This document shows, piece after piece, positions 1 to 8,396 of a stretch of DNA of 64,000 bases (positions within the stretch are counted from its first letter, which is position 1; every line of letters begins with the position of its first letter). The notes under the pieces were generated by a model, which made no database searches, was not told where the DNA came from, and saw only the letters and a list, made by a program, of their open reading frames with translations. Origin of the DNA: an uncultured Flavobacteriaceae bacterium (GTDB taxonomy: Bacteria > Pseudomonadota > Alphaproteobacteria > Micropepsales > Micropepsaceae); NCBI GenBank assembly GCA_964561925.1, contig CAZLRW010000002.1, positions 7,882 through 71,881 of the forward strand, written 5' to 3'. Position numbers and translations under genes: made by a program.

Positions 1-663
1 CCCCAAGATCAGCGCAACCTCGTCGTCGGAGCGGGTCAGGTCGAAGAGGCCTGTGGTGATCGCGAGAACGCGACCGTCGGCGGCGGCGTTGATCTCGGGG
101 CTGCGGACAAGCAGTGTCGGGAACTCGCACACCGTCTCGGGCGTCGCGGTCAGCGTGCGGCCATCGGTCAGGCGCAGGTTGACGGCGCCGTCGCGTGCGG
201 CGGCGTTCGACAATTGGATGAAGCGTTCGGTGGCACCCTTGCCTTCGCCCACGGGATCGTCGCCGACGTGGGTGATCGTGGCGCCTGCGCGCAATCCGAC
301 TTGGGCTGCGGGCGCGCCTTCGACGGCGAGCGCCACCGTCACCGCGTTCGTCAGGCCGAAGTCGCTTTGCAGCCGCGCGCGATCGTCGGGGTTCGCAAAG
401 TTCGCCAGCGACCACACGATGATGCCGAGATCGGGGCGCGTCTCGTCGCTTTTCGCGCACGTCGCGGCGGCGGCTTTGCGTAGACGGAAACCGACGCGCT
501 CCACGCGCGCGCGCTGTTGCATGTAGCGGGCGAGGCCTTGCGTGACGCTGGCCGCAGCGGGTGCCGGCGCTTGCGTCACGGGCGGAGCGATTTCGGGTGC
601 CGTCGAACAGGCGGCGACGCCGAGCGTTGCGGCGGCGATCAGGGCGAGACGCGTGTTCGACAT
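1..663 (-). CDS. Putative lipoprotein, possibly M48-peptidase-like (N-terminal part only; gene runs off the left edge)
   Basis: ATG at 663-661 on the minus strand, with an open frame to position 1. My own translation, MSNTRLALIAAATLGVAACSTAPE..., has a lipobox (LGVAAC). The ORF is absent from the ORF track, probably because the window edge truncates it. The product guess is weak. Confidence 0.55.
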   Translation of the reverse strand, partial: MSNTRLALIAAATLGVAACSTAPEIAPPVTQAPAPAAASVTQGLARYMQQRARVERVGFRLRKAAAATCAKSDETRPDLGIIVWSLANFANPDDRARLQSDFGLTNAVTVALAVEGAPAAQVGLRAGATITHVGDDPVGEGKGATERFIQLSNAAARDGAVNLRLTDGRTLTATPETVCEFPTLLVRSPEINAAADGRVLAITTGLFDLTRSDDEVALILG

Positions 664-671
664 ACGCAACC

Positions 672-1859
672 TCAATCGAGCTGGAAGACGAGCGATTTGA
701 GATACGCCGTCTCCGGTAACAGCGGATGAACGGGATGATCCGCCGCCGCGCCGCTTGCGCGGATCAAGCGGGCAATGCGGCCGGCTTTCGCGATGCCTTG
801 CGCGCACTCGTGCAGAAATCGATCTTGTGTGATCGCGTGGCTACAGGAGGCGAGGCAGAGAAAGCCGCCGGGCGCGACGAGAGGGGCTGCGAGGCGCGCA
901 AGCTTGCGATAGCCGCGCGCGCCCGATTCCAAATCCTTCTTCGCGCGCACGAAGGGCGGCGGATCGCACGAGACGACGTCGAAGCGTTCGCCGGCGGGCG
1001 CCATTTCGTCCAGTTCTTCGAGAACGTCGCAGCGGCGAAGGTCGGCGCGCGAGTCGAGGCCGTTCGCTTGGGCGGTGGCAGACGCCGCGTCGAGCGCGGC
1101 TTGCGAGGAATCGAGCAAGACGGCCGACTTTGCGCCCGCCTTCAACGCGCCCAGTGCGAGCGCGCCGACATAGGCGTAGGCGTCGAGAAGCGTCGCGCCC
1201 TTCGCGAGACCGACGAGAAACGTCCGGTTGTCGCGCTGGTCGTAGAACCAGCCGGTCTTTTGGCCGGCCAGCGGGTCGATGCGGTGGCGAATGCCCGCCT
1301 CTTCGACGAAGACGCCGGCATCGAGCGTCCCGTGAGCGACGTGGATATCGTCTTTCAGGCCTTCGTGCGCGCGCGCGGGTGCGTTGCTCTTGACGACGAT
1401 CGCGCGCGGCTTGAACTCGGCGCGCAGGGCGTCGAGCCAGTGGGGGCCGAGCGCGTCCATGCCTGCCGTACCCGACTGCGCGACCAAGACGTCGTCGAAG
1501 CGGTCGACCACGAGGCCCGGACATTCGTCTGCTTCGGCGTGGACGAGGCGGTAGTGCGGCGTCTTGAACAGTTTGCGGCGCAGCGCATCGGCGCGCGCGA
1601 AACGTTCGCGGAAGAAGGCCGCGTCGATCGTCGACTTCGCCTCGCGCGACAGAATGCGGGCGGCGATGAGGCTGTGCGGATTGAAATAGGCGGCGGCGAC
1701 GGGTTCCCCGCGGTCGCTCGCGATCGTGACGAGCGAACCCGGCTTCAGCGCCTTCGTCGCGCGGTCCATCACGATTTCGTTCGAATAGACCCACGGGGCG
1801 CCGCCCTTCGCGCGCGCACCGTGTTTTTGGAGGAATCGGATCGCCGGCCGTTCGCTCAC
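672..1859 (-). CDS. rlmI: Class I SAM-dependent 23S rRNA (m5C) methyltransferase, RlmI-like
   Basis: Last 396 codons of ORF 672..2255. GTG at 1859 overlaps the upstream stop (GTGA). PUA-like N-terminus (WVYSNEIVMD...) plus a methyltransferase core (LDAYAYVGALA..., DVVSCDPPPF). The longer N-terminal extension is Arg/Pro-rich and overlaps the neighbouring gene. Confidence 0.85.
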   Translation of the reverse strand: MSERPAIRFLQKHGARAKGGAPWVYSNEIVMDRATKALKPGSLVTIASDRGEPVAAAYFNPHSLIAARILSREAKSTIDAAFFRERFARADALRRKLFKTPHYRLVHAEADECPGLVVDRFDDVLVAQSGTAGMDALGPHWLDALRAEFKPRAIVVKSNAPARAHEGLKDDIHVAHGTLDAGVFVEEAGIRHRIDPLAGQKTGWFYDQRDNRTFLVGLAKGATLLDAYAYVGALALGALKAGAKSAVLLDSSQAALDAASATAQANGLDSRADLRRCDVLEELDEMAPAGERFDVVSCDPPPFVRAKKDLESGARGYRKLARLAAPLVAPGGFLCLASCSHAITQDRFLHECAQGIAKAGRIARLIRASGAAADHPVHPLLPETAYLKSLVFQLD

Positions 1860-2842
1860 AACATCGCCGCGAGAACGCGGTCGGGCGGTTTGTGGCCGTC
1901 GGCAAAGGTCTTGATGTTGATGATGACCTTCTCGCCCATGTCGACGCGGCCCTCGAGCGTGGCCGAACCCATGTGCGGTAAGAGCACGACGTTGCTGAGC
2001 TTCAAGAGCTTCGGGTTCACGGCGGGTTCGTGTTCGAAGACGTCGAGGCCCGCGCCCGCGAGTTCGTTCGCTTCCAGCATGCGGGCGAGCGCGTTTTCGT
2101 CGATCACCTCGCCGCGCGCGGTGTTGACCAGATAGGCGGTCGGCTTCATCAACTTCAACCGGCGCGCGGACAGCAAATGATAGGTCGCCGGCGTGTGCGG
2201 GCAGTTGACCGAGACCATGTCCATCCGTGCGAGCATCTGGTCGAGGCTGTCCCAATAGGTCGCCTCAAGCTCTTCTTCCATCGGCTTCGGAACGGGCTTG
2301 CGGTTGTGATAGTGAATCTGCAATCCGAACGCCTTGGCGCGGCGCGCGACGGCTTGGCCGATGCGGCCCATGCCGATGATGCCGAGCCGCTTGCCGGTGA
2401 TGCGCTGGCCCAGCATCCAGGTCGGCGACCAGCCCTTAAAGTCGCCCTTGGCCAGGACGGCCGCGCCTTCGACGATGCGGCGCGGCACGGCGAGCAGCAA
2501 CGCCATCGTGATGTCGGCCGTGTCTTCCGTCAGAACGCCCGGCGTGTTCGTCACCGTGATCGCGCGGGCGCGTGCGGTTTCGAGATCGATGTTGTCGACG
2601 CCGGCACCGAAATTCGCGATCAGCTTCAGCCGCTCGCCCGAGCGCGAGAGAATGCGCGCGTCCAGGCGATCGGTCACCGTCGGCACCAGGACGTCGGCCG
2701 TCGCTACCGCCTCGATCAGCTTGTCACGGCTCATCGGCGTGTCGTCGACGTTCAGCCGCGCGTCGAAAAGCTCGCGCATGCGGGTCTCGATCGCGTCGGG
2801 CAGCTTGCGGGTGACGATGACAAGGGGTTTCTTGGCGGGCAT
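1856..2842 (-). CDS. D-isomer-specific 2-hydroxyacid dehydrogenase (glyoxylate/hydroxypyruvate reductase-like)
   Basis: 328 aa with the NAD-binding motif GIIGMGRIGQAVARRA and the typical catalytic/NAD domain layout. Confidence 0.85.
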   Translation of the reverse strand: MPAKKPLVIVTRKLPDAIETRMRELFDARLNVDDTPMSRDKLIEAVATADVLVPTVTDRLDARILSRSGERLKLIANFGAGVDNIDLETARARAITVTNTPGVLTEDTADITMALLLAVPRRIVEGAAVLAKGDFKGWSPTWMLGQRITGKRLGIIGMGRIGQAVARRAKAFGLQIHYHNRKPVPKPMEEELEATYWDSLDQMLARMDMVSVNCPHTPATYHLLSARRLKLMKPTAYLVNTARGEVIDENALARMLEANELAGAGLDVFEHEPAVNPKLLKLSNVVLLPHMGSATLEGRVDMGEKVIINIKTFADGHKPPDRVLAAML

Positions 2843-3003
2843 CGGATCGGATGAAAACGGGTGTCAGCCCCTTCCTTAGCAGAGGGAAACGCCGTTGGCC
2901 TAGTGCTAACGAGACGTCATTTTTCTTCGCGTGCTAACCCAATTTTAAGCGCGTAGCCGCTGATATTCCTTATCAATTTCTCCAACGGATCGACCCCCGA
3001 GGC

Positions 3004-3612
3004 ATGCGCAAAGACAAGCTTCGACCGCGGGCGTTTCGGCGCCCGGTTGCCGTCCTCGCCGTTCTGATATGCAGCGCCACACCGGGTTGGGCGGGCGAGC
3101 GCACCGGCGCGGTCGTTCAGCCCCGGGCCAAGCCGGTGTTGGAGGCCGCCCTCCATGCCGCGAACAAGCCGGTGGTGCCGCCGCCGATCGTCGCCACGGG
3201 GCTGCCGGTGCCGCGCTGGGTCACGATCAAGGCCGGGCGGGTGAACGTGCGGCGCGGGCCGTCGCTCGAGCAGGAGATCGTGTGGACCTACGTCAAGCCG
3301 GGCGTGCCGGTCGAGATCATCGCCGAGTACGCCGCTTGGCGGCGCATCCGCGACGTGGACGGGGCGACCGGCTGGGTCATCGCCGCCCTGCTCGACGGAC
3401 GGCGCAATGTGATGGTGCAGGGTCGGGTGAACACGGCGATCCTCGCCGCGCCGAAAGCCGACGCGGACGCCGTCGCGTATGCCGAGCCCGGGCTCGTCGC
3501 CAAGCTCGTAGGCTGCGAGGGACCATGGTGCGAGGTTTCGACCCGCGGCTATGAGGGCTACGTCGCGCGCGAGCGGCTTTGGGGCGTTTATGACGATGAG
3601 GTGGTGAAGTAG
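3004..3612 (+). CDS. Secreted bacterial SH3 domain protein
   Basis: 202 aa. Signal-like N-terminus (AVLAVLICSATPGWA). SH3-type core: WVTIKAGRVNVRRGPS...VEIIAEYAAWRRIRD.DGATGWV. Confidence 0.75.
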   Translation: MRKDKLRPRAFRRPVAVLAVLICSATPGWAGERTGAVVQPRAKPVLEAALHAANKPVVPPPIVATGLPVPRWVTIKAGRVNVRRGPSLEQEIVWTYVKPGVPVEIIAEYAAWRRIRDVDGATGWVIAALLDGRRNVMVQGRVNTAILAAPKADADAVAYAEPGLVAKLVGCEGPWCEVSTRGYEGYVARERLWGVYDDEVVK

Positions 3613-3655
3613 CGACCAGCGATCAGCTGACTTTTGCCGCCGTTTCGGGCACTCT

Positions 3656-3889
3656 GTGCTCATGGCTGAAGTCCGTATCACAGGAATCCCGGCGCCGTTG
3701 CTCCGCCTTTTGAAGGCGAGGGCCAAGAGCGCCGACGTGTCTTTGTCAGCCTATCTCCGCACAGAGTTGTGTGCTCTTGCGGAGCGTCCGTCGCTCGACG
3801 AGCTTCGCGCTCGTCTCGCCACCCGCGCGCCGACCATACTACGCGGCCCACCCGCGCAGGTGCTCCGCGCTGAGCGCGATCGGCGGTAG
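3656..3889 (+). CDS. Ribbon-helix-helix antitoxin, FitA/VapB-like (no cognate toxin adjacent)
   Basis: 77 aa. (ML)MAEVRITGIPAPLLRLLKARAKSADVSLSAYLRTEL matches the RHH N-terminus of FitA/VapB-type antitoxins. The start may instead be ATG 3662. Confidence 0.6.
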   Translation: MLMAEVRITGIPAPLLRLLKARAKSADVSLSAYLRTELCALAERPSLDELRARLATRAPTILRGPPAQVLRAERDRR

Positions 3890-3894
3890 TCCTC

Positions 3895-4875
3895 CTAGAG
3901 CCCGTCAAATAGAGCCGTGGACAAATAGCGTTCGGCGAAGGAGGGGATGATCGCGACGATCGTCTTGCCGGCCATGTCCTTGCGGCCCGCCACTTCTAGC
4001 GCGGCGGCGACGGCCGCGCCCGACGAGATGCCGACCGGGATGCCTTCGAGGCGGGCGACTTTGCGTGCGGTCGCAAAGGCGGTCTCGTTGCCGATCGTGA
4101 TGATCTCGTCGATCACGTTGCGATCGAGAATGCCGGGCACGAAGCCCGCACCGATGCCTTGAATCTTGTGCGGTCCGGGCTGGCGGCCGGAGAGGACGGC
4201 GCTGTCTTCCGGTTCGACGGCGATCATCTTGAGCGAGGGCTTGCGCGCTTTGAGCACCGAGCCCACGCCCGTGATCGTGCCCCCGGTGCCGACGCCGGAG
4301 ATCACGGCGTCGACTTTGCCGGCGGTGTCGTTCCAAATCTCCTCGGCGGTCGTGCGGCGGTGGATCGCCGGGTTCGCAGGGTTCTCGAATTGCTGCGGAA
4401 TGATGGAATTCGGGATTTCTTTCGCGAGTTCGACCGCGCGCGCCACGGCACCGCGCATGCCTTGGGTCGCGGGCGTCAGTTCCAGTTTCGCGCCGAGGAT
4501 CAACAGCATCTTGCGGCGCTCGACCGACATCGATTCCGGCATGACGAGGATCAGCGGGTAGCCCTTTGCGGCCGCGACGAAGGCGAGTGCGATTCCGGTG
4601 TTGCCGGAGGTCGGCTCGATCAGCGTCGTTCCCGGCTTGATAACGCCGCGCGCTTCGAGATCCTCGATCATCGAAACGCCGATGCGGTCCTTGACGCTCG
4701 CCATCGGGTTGAAGAATTCGAGCTTGAGGAGGATTTCCGCGCCGGCACCGGCTTCCTTGGCCATCCGATTGAGGCGAACCAGCGGGGTGTCGCCGATCGT
4801 TTCGGTGATCGAATCGTAGACGCGGCCACGGCCGGGGGCGTGGGCGGGCGATTGTTTGCGGGCGGCTTCGCTCAT
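3895..4875 (-). CDS. cysK: Cysteine synthase A (O-acetylserine sulfhydrylase)
   Basis: 326 aa with the PLP-lysine motif SVKDRIG and the TSGNTG loop. Full length. Confidence 0.95.
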   Translation of the reverse strand: MSEAARKQSPAHAPGRGRVYDSITETIGDTPLVRLNRMAKEAGAGAEILLKLEFFNPMASVKDRIGVSMIEDLEARGVIKPGTTLIEPTSGNTGIALAFVAAAKGYPLILVMPESMSVERRKMLLILGAKLELTPATQGMRGAVARAVELAKEIPNSIIPQQFENPANPAIHRRTTAEEIWNDTAGKVDAVISGVGTGGTITGVGSVLKARKPSLKMIAVEPEDSAVLSGRQPGPHKIQGIGAGFVPGILDRNVIDEIITIGNETAFATARKVARLEGIPVGISSGAAVAAALEVAGRKDMAGKTIVAIIPSFAERYLSTALFDGL

Positions 4876-4917
4876 TTGGTGGTCCTTTTCGACGCTTTGT
4901 TCGGTTTGCTCAGTCAG

Positions 4918-5153
4918 TTTTCACCGCGAAGAACGCGAAGGAGTCGCGAAGAAGTCACGAAGAAGGAAGATGCCTCACACAATGAAACGATGGAACGATG
5001 AGTGAGACTTTTTTCGGCGCGAAGCGCCAAGTCGAACGAATTGATGCGCGCCTGCGGCGCGCAGGTTTGCGCCAGTTCATCGTGTCATCGTTTCATTGTG
5101 TGAGGTCCTCTTTGCGACTGCTTGGCGACTCCTTCGCGTTCTTCGTGGTGAAA
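4918..5153. repeat. Long imperfect inverted repeat (arms ~84 and ~77 nt, ~75-nt centre with two GC hairpins); MITE-like or structured RNA
   Basis: Left arm 4918-5001 (TTTCACCGCGAAGAACGCGAAGGAGTCGC...CCTCACACAATGAAACGATGGAACGATGA) pairs with the reverse complement of 5077-5153, with a few mismatches and one small indel. The centre holds GGCGCgaaGCGCC and GCGCGCCtgcGGCGCGC. Confidence 0.8.
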
Positions 5154-5181
5154 GCTGAATCAAACACGCCACCGCGGCCGG

Positions 5182-5634
5182 TCAGATTGCGAAGTCGGCG
5201 CGTTCGCCGATCGGCTCGGCGAGGCCGCGCTCCTCCGCCCTGCGGCAGAGGTCTTCGATCGTGATCGCATCGAGGCGATGCATCAGTTCACCGTGCACTT
5301 GGGCGACGACCGGACGGACGACATGTTCGCCGATCGGGGAGGTGCCGTTCAAGGGCGGCTCTTCGGCGACTTCCAGTTCGGCGACGATGCGCACGATCTC
5401 GCCCGCGGTGATGCGGCGGCGTTCCTTGGCCAGGCGATAGCCGCCGCGCGGTCCGCGCACGCCCTTGAGCACGCCCTGGCGGACGAGCGCCTGCATCACC
5501 TGTTCGAGGTAGCGGTGCGGTACGCCTTGGCGGCGGGTGATTTCCTTCGACTGCACGGGTTCGGGCCGCGAGTTCGTCGCGATGTCGACGACCGCCTCCA
5601 ATGCCAGGATCGCTTTTCTCGATAGGCGCAGCAT
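5182..5634 (-). CDS. Rrf2 family transcriptional regulator
   Basis: 150 aa. Winged-helix N-terminus MLRLSRKAILALEAVVDIA... and GVRGPRGGYRLA. Confidence 0.85.
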   Translation of the reverse strand: MLRLSRKAILALEAVVDIATNSRPEPVQSKEITRRQGVPHRYLEQVMQALVRQGVLKGVRGPRGGYRLAKERRRITAGEIVRIVAELEVAEEPPLNGTSPIGEHVVRPVVAQVHGELMHRLDAITIEDLCRRAEERGLAEPIGERADFAI

Positions 5635-5637
5635 GCG

Positions 5638-6099
5638 TCAGCTTCCCGTTTTGGCCCCGATGCCGGTCGAGCCGAAGCCGCCGGTACCGCGCGCCGTGCC
5701 GCTCAACGCCTCGACCCGTTCGAAGCGTACGGGCGCGACGGCGGCGACGACGAGCTGGGCGATGCGGTCGCCGCGCGCGATGCGGAACGGCTCGGGACCA
5801 TGGTTGATCAAGATGACTTTCACTTCGCCGCGATAGTCGGCGTCGATCGTGCCGGGGGCGTTCAATACGGTGACACCGTGTTTGAGCGCGAGGCCGGAAC
5901 GCGGGCGGACCTGGCCTTCGAACCCTTGCGGGATCGCAAGCGCGATTCCGGTCGCCACCGCGTGGATCGCGCCCGGCGCGATCGCCACGTCTTCGGCCGA
6001 GACGATGTCGGCGCCGGCGGCGCCCGCGGTCGCGTAGGCCGGCGGGTTCAGGCCGCGGCCGTGGGGTAGGGTCAGGATTTCGACGCGGGCTTCGCTCAC
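5638..6099 (-). CDS. dut: dUTP diphosphatase
   Basis: 153 aa with dUTPase motifs [16 protein letters not shown] and [10 protein letters not shown]. Confidence 0.95.
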   Translation of the reverse strand: MSEARVEILTLPHGRGLNPPAYATAGAAGADIVSAEDVAIAPGAIHAVATGIALAIPQGFEGQVRPRSGLALKHGVTVLNAPGTIDADYRGEVKVILINHGPEPFRIARGDRIAQLVVAAVAPVRFERVEALSGTARGTGGFGSTGIGAKTGS

Positions 6100-7304
6100 G
6101 CGGCTGCTCCCTTCAGATGCGCCGCGATCTTGGCGGCGAGGCGGGCCGCCACTTCGCCCTTCGCGAGCTTCGGCCAGGTTTCGGTGTCGGCCGCCGAGAT
6201 GATGTGGACGGTGTTCTCATCGCCGCCCATCACGCCGGTGGCGGGCGAGACGTCGTTTGCGACGATCCAGTCGCAGCCCTTCTTCGCCCGTTTCGCCTTC
6301 GCGTGTTCGACGACCTTTTCGGTTTCGGCGGCGAAACCGACGACGAGGCGCGGGCGGCCCGTGCCGCGCGTCGCGAGCGTGTGCAGAATGTCCGGGTTCT
6401 CGACGAGCTTCAGCGCGGGCAAGCCGCCGGCGCCCTTCTTGATCTTCTGATTGGCGGCGTGGTCGACGCGCCAGTCGGCGACGGCCGCCGCACAGACCGC
6501 GACGTCGGCGGGCAGTGCCGCCTCGCAGGCGGCGAGCATTTGATGCGCGGTTTCGACCTTCACGAATTTCACGCCGCGCGGGGCGGCGATGTTCGTCGGG
6601 CCCGAGACGAGCGTCGTCGCGGCGCCAAGATCGGCAAGCGCACCCGCGATCGCGTAGCCCTGCTTGCCGGACGAACGGTTCGCGATGAAGCGCACGGGGT
6701 CGATCGGTTCGTGCGTCGGGCCGGCGGTGACCAGCGCGCTGACGCCCGCGAGCGCGTGGCTGCGCGCAAAGTGGGCTTCGACGGCGGAGAGAATCTGGGC
6801 CGGCTCCGCCATGCGGCCGGGACCGAATTCGCCGCACGCCATGTCGCCGTCATTGGGCCCTACGATCGCCACGCCGTCGGCCTTCAGCTGCGCGAGGTTG
6901 CGCTGCGTCGCGGCGTGCAGCCACATTCGCACGTTCATCGCAGGCGCGAGCAGCACCGGCTTGTCGGTCGCAAGCAACGCGGTCGAGGCCAGATCGTCAG
7001 CGCGGCCGGTCGCCATCTTCGCCATCAGGTCTGCCGTCGCGGGCGCGACGACAAGCAGGTCAGCGTCGCGCGAGAGTTGGATGTGGCCCATCTCCGCCTC
7101 GTCGGTGAGGCTGAAGAGGTCTTGATAGATTTTGTCGCCGGTCAGGCTTGCGACCGAGAGCGGGGTGACGAACTCGCCGCCCGCCTTGGTCAGGATCGCG
7201 CGCACGGCCGCGCCGCGCTCGCGCAGGCGGCGGATCAGTTCCAGCGACTTGTAGGCGGCAATGCCGCCGCCGATGACGAGCAGGATGCGTTTGCCGGTGA
7301 GCAC
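6096..7304 (-). CDS. coaBC: Bifunctional phosphopantothenoylcysteine decarboxylase / phosphopantothenate-cysteine ligase
   Basis: 402 aa. Flavoprotein N-domain (GGIAAYKS) plus ligase C-domain (NRSSGKQG). 4-nt overlap with dut. Confidence 0.95.
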   Translation of the reverse strand: MLTGKRILLVIGGGIAAYKSLELIRRLRERGAAVRAILTKAGGEFVTPLSVASLTGDKIYQDLFSLTDEAEMGHIQLSRDADLLVVAPATADLMAKMATGRADDLASTALLATDKPVLLAPAMNVRMWLHAATQRNLAQLKADGVAIVGPNDGDMACGEFGPGRMAEPAQILSAVEAHFARSHALAGVSALVTAGPTHEPIDPVRFIANRSSGKQGYAIAGALADLGAATTLVSGPTNIAAPRGVKFVKVETAHQMLAACEAALPADVAVCAAAVADWRVDHAANQKIKKGAGGLPALKLVENPDILHTLATRGTGRPRLVVGFAAETEKVVEHAKAKRAKKGCDWIVANDVSPATGVMGGDENTVHIISAADTETWPKLAKGEVAARLAAKIAAHLKGAAA

Positions 7305-7419
7305 GCGTTCGGCCTCAATTCATGCAGTGAAGATGGGAATTATACCTAAGTACATCAAGGCGCGTGGAAATTTTGTTTTTGATGGTGAGGGCGGGGGTAA
7401 CCTACTGATAAATAGAGCG

Positions 7420-7543
7420 CTTCCCCCCTTGAGGGGGAAGCTGGCGCGCCGAAGGCGCGTCTGATGGGGGGCGGCGCGCAAAGGCCCCCCCATCCGTCTC
7501 GCCGCTCTCGCGGCGATCCACCTTCCCCCTCAAGGGGGGAAGG
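7420..7543. repeat. Composite GC-rich palindromic intergenic element (REP/RIME-like)
   Basis: CTTCCCCCCTTGAGGGGGAAG (7420-7440) and CCTTCCCCCTCAAGGGGGGAAGG (7521-7543) flank two further GC hairpins: GCGCGCCgaaGGCGCGT and GGGGGG-13nt-CCCCCC. The shadow ORFs across it read ...PLEGEGG..., as is common for such repeats. Confidence 0.7.
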
Positions 7544-7588
7544 GTTGGCTCTAACGGGATACCCCCGCACGATTTCAAGCGAACAACC

Positions 7589-7873
7589 TCATGTACCCGG
7601 AACTTGCTTGGCCGAGCCAAGTTTGCGCGCCTCGCGGACGAGGGCGCGCAAGGCGCGCGCTTCGCGGCGCCAGGCGTCGCCCCTTGTGCCGTGTTTCCAG
7701 GCGTTGCGATTGCCGTGCGGCGCGCCGCCGCGCGCGCCGTGAAAGCGGCAGACGCGATAGCCGCGAACAGCCGGCGCCCGGCAGGGCATTTTCGTCCGCT
7801 TCGAGCGGCTAGCGCAACGCGGTGCTGCCCAAAGCCTGGTGACCATTGAGAGCCGTGTGACCGTTGAGTCCAT
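7589..7873 (-). CDS. Small HGGxSTG-like / Cys-Arg-rich protein (mobile-element-associated type)
   Basis: C-terminal part of ORF 7589..8026: ...RCASRSKRTKMPCRAPAVRGYRVCRFHGARGGAPHGNRNAWKHG.... ATG 7873 is preceded by AAGGAA. The start is uncertain (alternatives 7846 and 7789). It would overlap the upstream ORF by 65 nt. Confidence 0.5.
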   Translation of the reverse strand: MDSTVTRLSMVTRLWAAPRCASRSKRTKMPCRAPAVRGYRVCRFHGARGGAPHGNRNAWKHGTRGDAWRREARALRALVREARKLGSAKQVPGT

Positions 7874-8396
7874 GTCCGTTTCCTTTGTGCGCGGCGCGCG
7901 CGGTGACCTCCCTCTCGCCGCGAATGACGACGTGTTCGACGGTGACCGTCTTCGGCAAGCCTTCGCCGCGGCGGCGATCGAGCGCTTCGACCAGCGCCGC
8001 GTAGGCCCGCGACAGCCGTCCCGCATGCGCCAGGTTCTCGTCGCGCATCTGCGGCTGTTGCGCCGGATCCGCCGCCTTGCGAAAGCACTCCATGGCGGCG
8101 TTGTGGCAAGCGATCATTTGCGCGCCCAGCATGCCCTCAAGCTCGTTGCGGGGACTGAGGCTCACCAAAGCCGCCAGCGCGGCTTCGGCCTTCGTGCGCC
8201 GGTCCGCGTCGTTTCCGGGATTGATGTAAAGGGCTGCCGCCGTTTGCCGGGCGATCAGCGCGTTGAACGCATCCGAGGAAGAGCCGCCGACGTGACGCAT
8301 CGTGGCGGGGCCGGGGTTGGTAGGCGCAGCACCGCGTTCGCCCGGCCGCTCCTGCGTGCTGCTTGCGGCGTTCGTCGCCTTGCGGTCGTCAGTCAT
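7809..8396 (-). CDS. Hypothetical protein
   Basis: 195 aa with protein-like composition (...NELEGMLGAQMIACHNAAMECFRKAADPAQQPQMRDENLAHAGRLSRAYAALVEALDRRRGEG...KTVTVEHVVI). An AT-rich stretch lies upstream. No family recognised with certainty. Confidence 0.55.
   Translation of the reverse strand: MTDDRKATNAASSTQERPGERGAAPTNPGPATMRHVGGSSSDAFNALIARQTAAALYINPGNDADRRTKAEAALAALVSLSPRNELEGMLGAQMIACHNAAMECFRKAADPAQQPQMRDENLAHAGRLSRAYAALVEALDRRRGEGLPKTVTVEHVVIRGEREVTARAAHKGNGHGLNGHTALNGHQALGSTALR

Noticed and set aside
7402-8109. A 235-aa minus-strand ORF (and 7355..7570) spanning the palindromic repeats.
   Set aside because: It reads through the REP-like element (PLRGK/PLEGEGG peptides) and overlaps better-supported frames. 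Its composition is Arg/Ala/Gly junk.
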